DNA of 64,000 bases, taken from positions 992,001 to 1,056,000 of the forward strand of contig NW_025766558.1 of NCBI RefSeq assembly GCF_003918875.1, given 5' to 3'. Below are positions 1 to 14,272 of the stretch, piece after piece. A program made the position numbers and the translations under genes. The stretch comes from Haliotis rubra (Eukaryota). The notes under the pieces are model-generated. The model saw nothing but the letters and a program-made list of their open reading frames with translations, was not told the origin of the DNA and did no database searches. Each line of letters opens with the position of its first letter. The stretch's first letter is position 1.

Positions 1-932
1 AACCCATAGCTCACTAGGACTCCTTCTAAATTTAAATGGAGTTATTTGTTGTTCTCAAAAATAAATATTCTGTGACACTAATAGACAGTCTACCGTAACA
101 CCAGCTTTAATGTTTGCATGTGTTGGGGCAACTATAGCCGAGAGCCGCGATGCGATGCAGGGTCATGTCTTGACTGTATAGGACCGCATCGCGGCTCTCG
201 GCTAGGATTTGTCTAGCTGTACATCGACTACAGGCTACAGTATCACGTGGCCACGTTAATCCCACCCACTGTGTCACGGGGTAGTGAGGATAAACAACTC
301 TAGTCAAATACAAACCCTATAGAGCTGCTTGGAAAAGCTTGGATATTGTTATAAAACTTAAATACAGATGTTCACAGGGTTAATAGTCTTGATAGCATTT
401 CCCGGTCCCTAAAATATCGTCTGCAACAACATCCGGTATGTGATATGCAAAAGAGAACACTATTAACGGAACCCGCTTGGTCAATTTGGAGAATTGTTTC
501 AAAGAGAGAAATGCATATACCTCACAAATATAACTTTTGGGCCTATCTTTAATCACAAGGACAACATATGTATACTTTAAAATATATAAGTTTAAGCCAT
601 AGTTTATTTTGACATTTTGGTTTTTACAAGTTGCCTCATACCATGCCGACTTTTTAATCAACTCAAGGGAAGTAAGCAGGCGCGACTTCCTCACAACTGC
701 AACACGTCGCCCTAAAACTATAAAACCAACCAACTCACAATTGAGTTATCATCCAGAGACGATGTAAATATTACACATATATCGGCGTGTAGTCTCTGGT
801 TTGACAAGCGTTTTCATACTAATTAAAATATGCGCCAGGTATTGGTTTAAATGTGCCTCCAATTGAACCTGACAATGAGAGGATCATCTAGTTTAGTGTG
901 TAACATGTTTTTGGCCTCTTCCTGTGACATCA

Positions 933-975
933 GGGGAGATGGGTTGGCCTAGTGGTTAAAGCGTTCGCGTGTCAG
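933..975 (+). mobile_element. 5' fragment of tRNA-derived SINE (family A)
   Basis: ggggagatgggttggcctagtggttaaagcgttcgc matches the head of the fuller copies at 14119, 35757 and 57360. Confidence 0.55.
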
Positions 976-1011
976 AAAAATGTAGCGCGAATCCCCAGCA
1001 CATAGGGTTAT

Positions 1012-1314
1012 TAGGGCTGGGACAGGTAGGGTGGGCAATGGACCAGGAGGCATTGTGCTCATGTGACTAATATATTAATATACTTTCATGATTAAAATGT
1101 TGTATTGTGTTTGAAGATTTAGACATAATGTACAGTCACTTTTTTAATATATACAAGATAACGAAAAACTCGAAATTTTAGCCTCCGACCCGAAGAATAT
1201 ATTGCCATTTCTTGCAAATTTGATGTCAGGAATTATCATAACGGATACCCGGGTAGGGTAGGGTAATAGTGGGTGGGGTACCCGGGTAGAAAATTTGGAC
1301 CCGTCCCAGCCCTA
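1012..1314. mobile_element. hAT-like MITE
   Basis: TIRs TAGGGCTGGGAC...GTCCCAGCCCTA; flanks are only an imperfect 8-bp match. Confidence 0.65.
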
Positions 1315-3321
1315 TGGGGTATCATGCAAGAAACTCGCCACCTATGAGTAGCTACTCCAAGTATGTGTAGATTCATAGACTGTCTAACTAATCACTCTCC
1401 ACAGCAGAGAGTCTAGGTAAGCCATATTTAGACTTCCATCGTCATAGCAATAATGGTTAGGGTAGCTAGGGCGGGCATGCATGACGATCGCCCGTTTTAA
1501 CTATAAGGCTGCCCCACCGCCTTCGCAGTTCATGGAATCAGAACCGAATAACTAAAGGTCCAAAGAGGCACTGAATGTAAGTGATGACCTACTCGGCGAA
1601 ACCCACAAGCACAGTCACCGTCCCGGAAGACATGGTTCATAATCGGAGGACCTTACATGGTACACTGAGATGCTGATCCATGTACGCAATCAGGCCAAAC
1701 TACGACTCAGCTCCCCAGGCTGTGTGAATGTGATGAGTTTGTTAATAATGGAATTATTCAGACGCTACATTAAACCCGATACAACCTAATCCATTCGCGT
1801 CTCACAGTAATTAAGGAAGGTAGACTTGAGTTGTATTTGCAGGTCCTATTATGTATTAGCACTGTTCACTTAAACATAGGCTGTAACCGGCACCGTATGC
1901 ATGAGGATGTTATCAGTACATGTCTGCCGTGAGGCGAGGAGATGGATATTGCTCTACATGAATGTTTTATGGAGAATGCAGCAGCTCCGGTCCACTCCGC
2001 GAGCTTTATGATACATTATATACAGGGAGGTTGTTTATTGCAGCAGTGAGCATTACTCCAGCTCAATCAGACTGATCGTGGACGAGAAAATATTCCTGTA
2101 ACACAGTTTGTACATAACAAGGGTAGACTGACGCTTAGTCCCTGAATATATATAATTTTGATAGTAACAAATAAACCCATTTATATTGAAAAAGCGCTCC
2201 AGTGAGTTGGGAGATTCATTTAGCGCTTTATCATTGCAGGGATAACTAGGCAGTATGGAAAATAATATGGTTCAGGGACTGTGAGACAGACTAATAGCAA
2301 AGGATGCACTGGTGAGACGGACATGCTTATATTGCTGAGATTAACAACAACCCCAGAGTGACAAATGATCACAACCGATGAAGCTTGGTGCACAAAGGTA
2401 CCCCCATCTAAGCCGTTTTGAAAGTATACACATGTCGGGCATGTTCTGTTGATAGAGCTGTGATACTGTATGGTACAGGTCGACGTGATACATGCCACAT
2501 TGTTTGTGTATATGTCGATATGGTACATCCTTTATGCTGTTGGCTATAGGCTGACGTGATCAGATGTTTTATTGTTGGCTACAGGTCCACCTGATAATGT
2601 CATACTGCTCGGTGCACGTGGACATGGCACATCCTGTATGTTGTTGGCCCACATGATATACATGTACATGTAGTTGTACACGTATTTCACACGGTGTTGA
2701 TTTATACAGACAACAAACAAGGTGATATGCTTGTGTTATAGTGTATATAGACACAGACAAGAAACAAGGTGATATGCTTGTGTTATAGTGTATATAGAAA
2801 CAATGCCTCCAAGCAGTACACACCTTTAGCCCTTATCATCAATGGACATAATCAGCATGCACATAAAGAACATCCCAACCGCCCTGCCATCAGTCACTCG
2901 CGATATATACACTGGTGGCCGCAAGTTAACAAACACCCATGGCCCTGGTAGACACACCACGGTCACTGGGTCAGCCTTGTATCGGCACTAATGTGTCATT
3001 AAACAAGACTTGCCCCTGCAGTTTGGTCTGTTATGCTTCACCCTTTAGGAGTCGCACCTTCCTTCTTCCCAGATTGAGACTATTACGATTCATGGCTTAT
3101 CAATACGAGGTGGTGTCGATAGTGACGTAGGGCGACCATTTTGATAATGTAAGCGTGGTTATCCCCTGTGAGAGAATTAACATCCTTACAGACTGTAAAG
3201 TAGTTATTTCAAACAGAATGACAAAGTCTACCGTGAAAACGTGTCCATGGCAACCGTGGCACAATAGATCTACCAAGGTAACTTCGTGTGGTTTTCTAAC
3301 GTCCTCGCGGTAGTTGACCAA

Positions 3322-5753
3322 CTACGACACAATTGTGTTGGCTCTCGGAACCACTGGTTCAAGGTCACTATCGCCCTGCACAATGTTCCGTCTGTGAGTG
3401 GACACAATGGGTAGATGGTCCAAAACATTTGTCGTCTGCTGTCTGGAGTTGAACCTAGGAACCCTACTGTTTGCTAAAGGCGGTAACCGAAATGTGCTCC
3501 GCCTTCGCGTGAGGTAGGCTGGTGTGGTGCTGCGATCATTTTCTCGGAGCTTCTCAAAACTGGACCTCAGAAACGAGTAGTGGTCGTCCATTAGTGTGTG
3601 GAACCTGTCCATTGATTGACCATAGTCAACAAGACGTCCTGTCGCCTTCCCCTCCGTCTTCATCTGTTCCACCTTCCTCAACCGTCGTTGACGAGGATGC
3701 ATTCGATCGATGACTGACTGAATCTCAGGTCTGAAGGAGGCCAGGTCTTCCCCGCCATACATACCAAACAGCAGCGTTTGGTGGTTAGTGAGGGAAGCTG
3801 CCTCGCGCTTCCTTCTTAAACACTTCTGTAGACCTCTCTTCTCCACCAAGGACTTCTTGATCGGGAGGCTTCGTTGCCAGCCCAGGAAGTCTTCCGTCTG
3901 CTTATGTCGATCGATGCTCTTGGCGAAGATGTCACTCCTCATCTTTATCTTCTCGTTGTGGACGATGATGTTCTTCCTGGCACGGGACACCTTGCGGTGG
4001 ATGTGGCAGAGACGCTGGTCCCCCAGGGTGGGTATCTGACTCAGGTTCTCCATCTTGTGGGGGTTCTTGTCCTGCAGCTGCTGTTTCAGAACTTGTTCCC
4101 TGAAAGTAGTGAATGAGTGAGTGAGTGGTAGTTCTCACAGGGCAAAAAGACAGCTTCAGTGACAACGGTTTGGGAAACGAACCCGGATTGATTGGCAGAT
4201 GGTTGTTTGACGCTGCATTCAGGAATAGTAAGGCTATATGAGGGATGTTTGTAAATATGGAGTTTGGAACAGACACTCCGGGGACTGACATCACGAGCAT
4301 CCATCTACGCAATTTTGATATGATGCCATGCATTGACTAAGTCAGCGAACCTGACCACCCCGTCAGTCACCTCGAGCTCTAACCACCCCATCAGTCACCT
4401 CGAGCACTAACCACCCCGTCAGTCACCTCGAGCACAAACCACCCCATCAGTCACCTCGAGCACTAACCACCCGGTCAGTCACCTCGAGCACTAACCACCC
4501 CGTCAGTCACCTCGAGCACAAACCACCCCATCAGTCACCTCGAGCACTAACCACCCCGTCAGTCACCTCGAGCACTAACCACCCCGTCAGTCACCTCGAG
4601 CACAAACCACCCCATCAGTCACCTCGAGCACTAACCACCCCGTCAGTCACCTCGAGCACTAACCACCCCGTCAGTCACCTCGAGCACTAACCACCCCGTC
4701 AGTCACCTCGAGCACAAACCACCCCGTCCGTCACCTCGAGCACTAACCACCCCGTCAGTCACCTCGAGCACTAACCACCCCATCAGTCACCTCGAGCACT
4801 AACCACCCCATCAGTCACCTCGAGCACTAACCACCCCGTCAGTCACCTCGAGCACAAACCACCCCGTCAGTCACCTCGAGCACTAACCACCCCGTCAGTC
4901 ACCTCGAGCACTAACCACCCCGTCAGTCACCTCGAGCACTAACCACCCCGTCAGTCACCTCGAGCACAAACCACCCCGTCCGTCACCTCTAGCACAAACC
5001 ATCCCGTCAGTCACCTCGAGCACTAACCACCCCATCAGTCACCTCGAGCACAAACCACCCCATCAGTCACCTCGAGCACTAACCACCCCATCAGTCACCT
5101 CGAGCACAAACCACCCCATCAGTCACCTCGAGCTCTCACGACAAGCATGGGTCGGTAGGGTTCAATTCTAACCGGGGTCTTCACGGGGTTGACAAGAAAA
5201 TGAACAGGAATGTAGACGACGACTGACATGTAGGTTTACTCTAAATACACAAATTGCGAACATCGTGCGTTAGTTGTGTTGTAGAAGATAATTCGGAGTT
5301 GTTTGAAAGTACCCTTGTGACCAACATACATAAACATCAGTATCAACGAGGCTTAATCGAACAGTTCATACATATAAACCATGACTGTGATTCACACAAC
5401 GCTCTACTGTGTTGGTCTAGAGACGTCGTAATGACTCTCAGTCCCTAAGCCACACAACGTTCTACTGTGTTGGTCTAGAGACGTCGTAATGACTCTCAGT
5501 CCCTAAGCCACACAACGTTCTACTGTGTTGGTCTAGAGACGTCGTAATGACTCTCAGTCCCTTAGTCACACAACGTTCTACTCATAATGGTACATTTCGA
5601 TTGTATTTGCTACATTACGCCATCCTATTTATATACCAGACCCATGTTTCACAACACGATATCTTGAACTACACAGGACAGTTTTGTTTATGAAGAATAC
5701 TGTGGAAGTAAATCAAAATATATAATTTGAACTTACTGTGGAGGGACCTCCAT
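3322..5753 (-). CDS. Uncharacterised basic (Arg/Lys-rich) protein, ~264 aa, 2 coding exons
   Basis: Exon 1 is 5753-5737 (ATG GAG GTC CCT CCA CA|gtaagt). Exon 2 is 4099-3322 (ctactttcag|G GAA CAA...). The phase-2 junction is in frame with the 243-aa ORF, giving MEVPPQEQVLKQQLQDKNPHKMENLSQ... No family recognised. Confidence 0.7.
4270..5188 (-). mobile_element. SINE family B copy split by an internal 28-bp minisatellite
   Basis: Left part (gagcatccatctacgcaatt...aagtcagcgaacctgaccacc) and right part (ctctcacgacaagcatggg...accggggtcttcacggg) are collinear with the intact copy at 33452-33694. Confidence 0.75.
4355..5135. repeat. 28-bp minisatellite (AACCACCCCRTCAGTCACCTCGAGCACW), ~28 copies
   Basis: Directly visible tandem array in the intron of the 3322-5753 gene. 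Confidence 0.95.
5393..5582. repeat. 58-bp tandem repeat, ~3 copies
   Basis: cacacaacgttctactgtgttggtctagagacgtcgtaatgactctcagtccctaagc repeated. Confidence 0.9.
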
Positions 5754-6915
5754 TGTGTAAAGTATTACGAGCCCAACGGTGTGGTAACACTTTTTACATG
5801 CACTACGCCTTCACCCACACTCTGCCGTCATCTGTCTCAACTGTTGAACAGAGGCCTCAACAGCAGTCGGTGGAATTTTATACCTTACGAATGAAGTGAT
5901 CCATATAAAGTTCATAATCTTACGATCTTATAATGACAATTGTGTTATTCGGACGGCGCATTGCTGTCCTCGCAAATCATCCCTTCAGCAAATCGCTGGG
6001 GGACCCCAAGTAGTTACCATATTTAACGGCAAGGGAGTGGCTGTTATATACAGTGAGACAGATTGATCCTACGGGGTGCTTCATGAATTATTGAAAACTT
6101 TTAGTGAGAGATTGCCCCGTTTTTCGTCAACGATATCGAGATTTTAATGGAATGTGGATTGTCAATGGGCAGAGTGTGGATTTCAGGTACATTGTAACTG
6201 TGACATTTTGGTCGCAAAGTGGTCTGTGGTGCCCTAACTCACTGCATTGAGTTTCCAGTTTTCGTGTTTGAATTCGAAGGTCCATGGTTTCCAGACAGGC
6301 TTCAACAACAACGCCTGATTTGACAGAATGATACCGGAGTATGTGGTCACAACTTTTACATGACCCTAAGCTGAAATACTATTCAGAACGGCTTTAAAAC
6401 TACGTGCAAACTCAACTCGCTCAAAATATCACTTATAACCTTCCCTTTAAGCCTAGTCACAATGTCACGAGATTTAGATTGTCTTTTTCACCGTATTCTT
6501 ATCCCATCAACCAACTTCCAACGAATGCTGTCACCATAACTGACCTGTGACCCATAGGGATGGCTATTGTACCCCCAATATTACCCCCCGGTGCCTGTAA
6601 CGGCACACTACGGTAGTGAAGACATGGAGCGTGACTCGACTACGGATCCCCGAGTGTAACATGGTTCCTGGGACGGGGATTGTACAGGTCTGTTACACCT
6701 GACAGGGAACTCGATATCCGGAACGACTCAGAATGAATATGTCAGTTGTGTTGTTGTCTTAACGTCAGACAGGGGGAAACTAACACCAGTTAGGAAAACC
6801 TAGTGTAAAACTGTCAACGGGTCTCCCAGCACTCCAATACAATACTTGTCACAATAGTGTACTCATGTATGTAATAACGGTTTAATATATACCACACATG
6901 GTAGCTGGGAGTGAT

Positions 6916-9193
6916 GTACACCACACAACGACTTCAGGTTGAATATACACCCCACAACGACTTCAGGTTGAATATACACCACACATTGACTTCAGGTTTA
7001 ATATACACCACACATCGACCTCAGGTTTAATATACACCCCACAACGACTTCAGGTTGAATATACACCCCACAACGATTTCAGGTTTAATATACACCACAC
7101 ATCGACCTCAGGTTTATTATACACCCCACAACGACTTCAGGTTGAATATACACCACACAACGATTTCAGGATTAATATACACCACACATTGACTTCAGGT
7201 TTAATATACACCACACATCGACCTCAGGTTTAATATACACCCCACAACGACTTCAGGTTGAATATACACCACAGAACGACCTCAGGTTGAATATACACCA
7301 CAGAACGACTTCAGGTTTAATATACACCACACATTGACTTCAGGTTTAATATACACCACACAACGACTTCAGGTTTAATATACACCACAGAACGACCTCA
7401 GGTTGAATATACACCACACATCGACCTCAGGTTTAATATACACCACAGAACGACCTCGGGTTGAATATACACCACAGAACGACTTCGAGTTGAATATACA
7501 CTACACAACGATTTCAGGTTTAATATACACCACACATCGACCTCAGGTTTAATATACACCCCACAACGACTTCAGGTTGAATATACATCACACAACGATT
7601 TCAGGTTTAATATACACCACATTGACTTCAGGTTTAATACACACCACACATCGACCTCAGGTTTAATATACACCCCACAACGACTTCAGGTTTAATATAC
7701 ACCACAGAACGACCTCAGGTTGAATATACACCACAGAACGACTTCAGGTTTAATATACACCACACATTGACTTCAGGTTTAATACACACCACACAACGAC
7801 TTCAGGTTTAATATACACCACAGAACGACCTCAGGTTTAATATACACCACAGAACGACTTCGAGTTGAATATACACCACACAACGATTTCAGGTTTAATA
7901 TACACCACACATCGACTTCAGGTTTAATATACACCCCACAACGACTTCAGGTTGAATATACACCACACAACGATTTCAGGTTTAATATACACCACACATT
8001 GACTTCAGGTTTAATATACACCCCACACACATCGACCTCAGGTTTAATATCAGGTTTAATATACACCACATTGACCCACAACGACTTCAGGTTGAATATA
8101 CACCACAGAACGACCTCAGGTTGAATATACACCACAGAACGACTTCAGGTTTAATATACACCCCACAATGACCTCAGGTTTAATATACACCACACAACGA
8201 CCTCAGGTTTAATATACACCACAGAACGACCTCAGGTTTAATATACACCACACACCGACTTCAGGTTTAATATACACCACACATCGACCTCAGGTTTAAT
8301 ATACACCGCACATCGACTTCAGGTTTAATATACACCACAGAACGACATCAGGTTTAATATACACCACACATCGACCTCAGGTTGAATATACACCACACAT
8401 CGACTTCAGGTTGAATATACACCACACATCGACCTCAGGTTGAATATACACCACACATCGACTTCAGGTTGAATATACACCACACATCGACCTCAGGTTT
8501 AATATACACCACACATCGACCTCATGTTTAATATACACCACACATCGACCTCATGTTTAATATACACCACAGAACGACATCAGGTTTAATATACACCCCA
8601 CATCGATCTCAGGTTTAATATACATCACACATCGACTTCGGGTTGAATATACACCACACATCGACTTCAGGTTGAATATACACCACACATCCACCTCAGG
8701 TTTAATATACACCACACATCGACCTCAGGTTGAATATACACCACACATCGACCTCAGGTTGAATATACACCACACATCGATCTCAGGTTTAATATACACC
8801 ACACATCGACCTCAGGTTTAATATACACGACACATCGACCTCAGGTTTAATATACACGACACATCGACCTCAGGTTTAATATACACCCCACAACGACCTC
8901 AGGTTTAATATACACCACACATCGACTTCAGGTTGAATATACACCACTCATCGACCTCAGGTTTAATATACACCACACATCGACCTCATGTTTAATATAC
9001 ACCACAGAACGACATCAGGTTGAATATACACCACACATCGACCTCAGGTTTAATATACACCCCACATCGACCTCAGGTTGAATATACACCCCACATCGAC
9101 CTCAGGTTTAATATACACCACAGAACGACCTCAGGTTTAATATACACCCCACATCGACCTCAGGTTGAATATACACCACACAACGACCTCAGG
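6916..9193. repeat. 29-bp minisatellite (ATATACACCACACAACGACTTCAGGTTKA), ~78 copies
   Basis: Directly visible tandem array with a few variant unit types. Confidence 0.97.
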
Positions 9194-10299
9194 CTTTCAT
9201 GTGTATGGAATACCTACTTAGTTTTAGACGTAGTATACGTACTGTTAGACGTATTGTCGCTTTTATTAAGAACTGAACGAGTATTAAATGATGATGATAT
9301 TGATTAATATGTGATTGACTGCCAATTCCCCTATCAGAGTTGTACCTCTTAGCCTTGCCAGGATACAAATAGGAGTTCTGGTTGGTCATCGCCATGTTCT
9401 TGCTGGCGTGTATCACCAAAGGGACAAAAGTTGAAGACCTGTATGTCTCTGGGCCTTTCCCAAACATGAAGCTACACGATGTATATAACTCAAATACTGT
9501 TCAAAGCGGAGCCTACTCAACCTGTGAATTAGGCTGAAGTTTCAGGTGGTCAGCGTTTACTGAGATGTACATGTCGCCGTTTTCATGAACCAACGGTATA
9601 CCGGAGTGGCGATGTGCAAGTCGTTGCTGTAGTATGCGCATGGATCAACACGTCAATACAAAAATGTGTAACTCCACCAGACAAGGAAGTCACCTTGCGA
9701 GGAAAATTCTACAAGGAAACAAATATAAAGAGTATTTTCAAACAGCAGTTCCCTGAAAATACGTGCTGTGCATACCGTGGTACGTGATTGTCTAAATAAC
9801 AAATCATTTCTAACTAAATTCGTATTTACAATCGACATTTCCCAGATCCGAGTGTTAGTCACATTGTAAGTCTTTGTTTTACCTCAGCATAGATTCATCG
9901 TCCATCGGACTGAACCGTGCCCCCTCACACAGACCAGATGAATGTACTTGGAGGTATTGTCTAATGATGTGAAATGTGTACGTGACAAACTGTGGTAATT
10001 TGGCTCAGGATAAAGCAAAGGTACCTCATGCTTGTCGTGAAAGCTGACAAACATGGCGATATGAGATGGGTGATAAAGCTCTGTCGCTTGGCTGACTGCG
10101 TGTTATCATACACCGATGTAGTGGTTCGACGCTGATGTTGTGAGACACTGGTTTGAGTGGTCCTGACTTGAAAATGCATAAGTCGCCGTATGAATAAAGA
10201 TATGAGAAGGTCACGCTCGCCACACGATATACCAGTACATGTATATGGGTCAACATGCATGTAGCATTTTCCACTGTTTTTCTCCTGGGTAACGACAGT

Positions 10300-10782
10300 T
10301 GTGTCCCGGGATTGTCTCACAGTGATTGTGTCACGGAAGTTTTGCACGGTGGTTGTGTCTCGGTGGTTGTGCCCGGTGAATGTGTCACGGTGGTTGTGTC
10401 ATGGCGGTTGCGTCACGGTGGTTGTGTCATGGCGGTTGTGTCACGGTGGTTGTGCCCGGTGAATGTGTCACGGTGGTTGTGTCATGGCGGTTGCGTCACG
10501 GTGGTTGTGTCACGGTGGTTGTGTCATGGCGGTTGCGTCACGGTGGTTGTGTCATGGCGGTTGCGTCCCGGTGGTTGTGCCCGGTGAATGTGTCACGGTG
10601 ATTGTGTCTCGGTGGTTGTGCCCGGTGAATGTGTCACGGTGGTTGTGTCATGGCGGTTGCGTCACGGTGGTTGTGTCATGGCGGTTGTGCCCGGTGGATG
10701 TGTCCCGGTGGTTGTGTCACGGTGGTTGTGCCCGGTGGATGTGTCCCGGTGATTGTGTCACGGCAGTTGTGTCACGGTGGTT
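10300..10782. repeat. GT-rich ~14-bp degenerate minisatellite (CACGGTGGTTGTGT)
   Basis: Visible tandem array; it explains the spurious Cys/Val-rich ORFs. Confidence 0.9.
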
Positions 10783-11239
10783 AGAGACATTATGAATGCA
10801 CACAATCATCGGGTCGAAACTATGATTAAACGCCCAAGGGAGACAACTCTGCTCTTGCTAGTGTTCATGCGTCTTCGGCCGAAATCCTGTCCCTAGCCTA
10901 AGTTAAATGATGCTTGTCAAGTCTATATGTTCGGGTGGAAGCTGTCCATATTTTCTTTATGAACTAACACTGAGTATATATACATGAAAAATATATTTTT
11001 CATACTATTGAACTGTTACTATCCACCATAGCAAAGGAACCTCAATTTACCTTACTATCTGGATAAACTAACCCACTAGGAATAGATAATGGCAAACCTG
11101 AACGCAAAAAGAACAAATACACTACAGTTTCTTCCTTGAAATCTTTATTGTAGTGCTATAACTATGGTCGTAAGACGTTAACAGGATTCTGGCAGACAAC
11201 CATCCAGAAATCCCATCTGTATCAATCACCGGACACAAT

Positions 11240-11830
11240 GGTAATATCTGGTGTAACAACCTACGCCAACTGCAACAACATTCCTCCTCTTCCTCACTGA
11301 CTGTTTCAGACTGTGAATTTGAAGTTGAGGCATTGCGTCCGATTCTTGATGGAGGGGTTGTTCCAATACATTAACATTTTGAACTGCAGGATTTCTCTGC
11401 TGTAATCTGCGATACTGATTGACTGAGTATGGTTTTACGCCGCTTTTAGAATCTGCGATACGCAATGCCCCAAACATTTATAGGATTGAGATATGGATTC
11501 CCGACAGACAAAGGTAGAGTTACTACCGCCTCTTGATGTAAGAAATCACCAACATCTCGTACACGATTTCGCCTAGTATTGTCGTCCATGAAGGCCGACC
11601 TTGTATTTAGAGGTCATCGAAATGTGGTACAGTGGGATGTAAGTGATATAATTGCCAATGTCCATTCAGTTTTTGTCTGATCATCACAATGTCAAGTTTA
11701 CAGACATGTGTCACCCTACGGTTAGAAAAACATAGGTGTTGCGATACTTTTAGCATGTGCATATATTCCAGATTTAAAATGTAAGTTTCTGCTAGGTCGT
11801 GCCAGGGAGTCACCTTCAACTGTTGATACT
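11240..11830 (-). mobile_element. Tc1-family transposase relic (C-terminal part)
   Basis: Minus strand reads FMDDNTRRNRVRDVGDFLHQEAVVTLP...PYLNPI, like Tc1 FMDDNARPHR...PDLNPIE. It continues RNPAVQNVNVLEQPLHQE and ends ...GCYTRY, like GGYTRY. A SINE tail is inserted at ~11415-11450. Confidence 0.6.
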
Positions 11831-12345
11831 GTTTCTAGCCATATGGTGGGTGAGTTTGCCTGAACGTCCGTATGAACAGTATGTCAGTAATGTTACGTAA
11901 GCTTGATGGGGGGGGGGACAGGAACTAGAAACCCGGCATACATGATCAAGGCCAATCTAAGAATGGAACCACATATGCATACACACGCCCTTGGCGACAG
12001 CACCAACTGTGCCCCCGTAGTTTACATCAGGCTGTGTAATGTCACAGGAAACGGAAAAAATGAACACACGCACGCACACATACCATGAGCACAGATGACT
12101 GCGTCATGAATCGAATTTCTTTTTCGAAAGAGTAGCTTGTGTCAGCGACTGTTCCAACAGAGTGGTGAAACCAATGATTGCAGGTACTTACAAACCAATG
12201 AATGTTATCATGCGGAGATTCAAATTCAGTCTGACAGCACGAGTGTTACAGCTTTAGGAGGAGTGAGTGAGTGGGAACCGATAGCTTTAGGAGGGGACTG
12301 CTGAGACGAAACACTGAAATTGTTGTTCTCAAAATATTTACTGTA

Positions 12346-12493
12346 ACAGTAAACTTCGGTTATAACGAACTCAAAGGGAACCCTAGTCTTTGTTCGTTCT
12401 AACCCTTGTTCGTTGTACATATGTCGATAAAACTTTACAGCAAGTAGCCAGGACAGAAACTCCGTTCGCTATAAGCGAGTTCGTTATAACCGT
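12346..12493. mobile_element. Partial Tc1/pogo-type MITE
   Basis: cagtaaacttcggttataacgaactc ... gagttcgttataaccg inverted repeat; similar design to the 46376-46549 element. Confidence 0.55.
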
Positions 12494-14118
12494 AGTAACG
12501 ACTTACCTTAGAAACACGCGCTGGCACTTTCATCCACGGAGTCGTCTGCTCTGTATTGAGTGGCGGGAGCGGGAGTTGCTCTGTGTGATGGATCCACTCG
12601 CACCAGTTCTGTACACCCTGTGGTTGGGTGAATGCCGTTTTTTTTTATCCGATTGTCATGACAGACTAGGATCGAGAAGCATTATTCACACCCGCTCCCA
12701 GAGAGAAAGTTGTTGTTTAAATGCAGCCACGGTTGAGGGGGCACTTTGTTCGTACATTCCCAGATAACTTGTTTCAGTGTCGGGTGGCCCAACACACGAC
12801 GATTTTCGGATCAAGGGCTACCCCCGGAGTGCAGTTCGTGGGTTATCGGTAAACATCGGGGTTATGTGATCCCAATATTTACACAACAATCAACAACATT
12901 GTAATAGCATAATTCGGTTGGGGGCCGCCGTTTGAAAGTGATTACCGTCTTAGTGACACACGGTCAGAATTGTTAATTATATGTATTCATGAACTGATAA
13001 AGAAGCCGTATGTTCTAGTGTTATACAGGTGTTTAAGCATACGTTTTAGAGATATTGAAAGTGTTTCATTTGCGCATATACTATTAAGAAAGATTATGTA
13101 TTTTCCACCTTTATTTACATGTATATTTCAGTGAAAAGAAATGCGGAAAACGAAATTGTCAACAAAAAAATACAATACATACTTCCTCGTTAACTTGACG
13201 AAGTTCTCATTTTCAGGAGAACAGAAAAAAAATGTTGAATGCTTATTTTAATTCGAAAGACGCAAAAACACAAGAAACTTTCAAAATCCAAACCACATCA
13301 ACATGCACTGCTGGGTTTCTGCACATTTCTTCACGTTCTCTGCGTAAGCAGAATATTATTTCCTCCTTAAAACTTCCCTATTTTGCGTAACATGTTTCTT
13401 CCTTTCCTGACTACTCGGATGTATGGTACCGTGCAATGGTGGACTGTTGACGTGGTGGAACTCAGACACCCAGGAACAGAATCGCCCTTCAAAGACGTTG
13501 GTTGTGTACAATCCTGAACAGTTTAGTGGAATGTATATTTCCGGAAACCATTAATCCTAAGGCACGGGTGGGTACTTCTCAGTAAATATGAAATACTGAC
13601 ATTTTTCCCAAACAGAGACACCTTAGGAACCCACACTCAAAGCGTTTACAGTGGTCATACAGGTACATATGATATTGATTCACAAGTAACCTCATCATTA
13701 GATTTGACATAAATAATAACGTAGTTTGGTGGTGCCACAACACGGCTTTGTGTAACACTTCTCGGGTAGTTCAGTGAGCACGATGGTGGTACTACCGTCA
13801 TATATGTCCTCATTCACTAAATTAAAAACATATGCTTTGCTTGTGTAAAACACTGTCTCCCTTTTGGGGAATCCTCGGGTCATTAGTAACCGTCGCTGGC
13901 AGCCAAAACCAGTTTCGTGTCCATGCATGTAGCAGAATTGGTCCGGTCTTCCACGTGTTACTCCCTGGTTGGGGCTTCCTGACGTATGCGAGGTCACCAG
14001 TAACCAGTGTTGATGTAGGGAACTGCAGCTACAACTCATCTGACGGCGTGTTATCAACTACTGTTTAGCCTGGTCTTGACTCGGCCCTGACGGTGTACAA
14101 CATTCCCTCTCACTGTGT

Positions 14119-14272
14119 GGGGCGGGGCGGTAGCCTAGTGGTCAGAGCGTGTCCTCGTCACGCCGGGCGTTTGATGCCGCGCGTGGGTACAATATGTAAA
14201 ACCCATTTATGGCGTCCCCCACAGTGATATTGCTGGAATATTGCAAACAGCGGTGTAAAACCGTATTCATTC
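14119..14272 (+). mobile_element. tRNA-derived SINE (family A)
   Basis: A-box-like tagcctagtggt, internal core gggtacaat.tgt.aa.cccattt, tail gctggaatattgc...gcggtgtaaaacc. Confidence 0.8.

Larger units (their letters stand above)
100..2520 (-). mobile_element. Highly decayed DIRS-like (tyrosine-recombinase retrotransposon) relic
   Basis: Frameshifted minus-strand fragments occur in DIRS order. RT-like 'CVYFQNGL...HSGVVVNLSN' at ~2330-2440; RNase H-like SDN/HxPG traces at ~1600-1770; methyltransferase-like 'IIAM.WKS.IWLPRL' at ~1400-1470; recombinase-like remnants at ~130-560. There is no intact ORF and the resemblance is by eye only. Confidence 0.35.

Noticed and set aside
6916-9193. CRISPR-like 29-bp repeats (also the 28-, 32- and 43-bp arrays)
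   Set aside because: Units are directly adjacent with no unique spacers, there are no cas genes, and the context is eukaryotic.
9560-10200. Possible further Tc1 relic (DES-like motif at ~9890)
   Set aside because: Too degenerate to support by eye.
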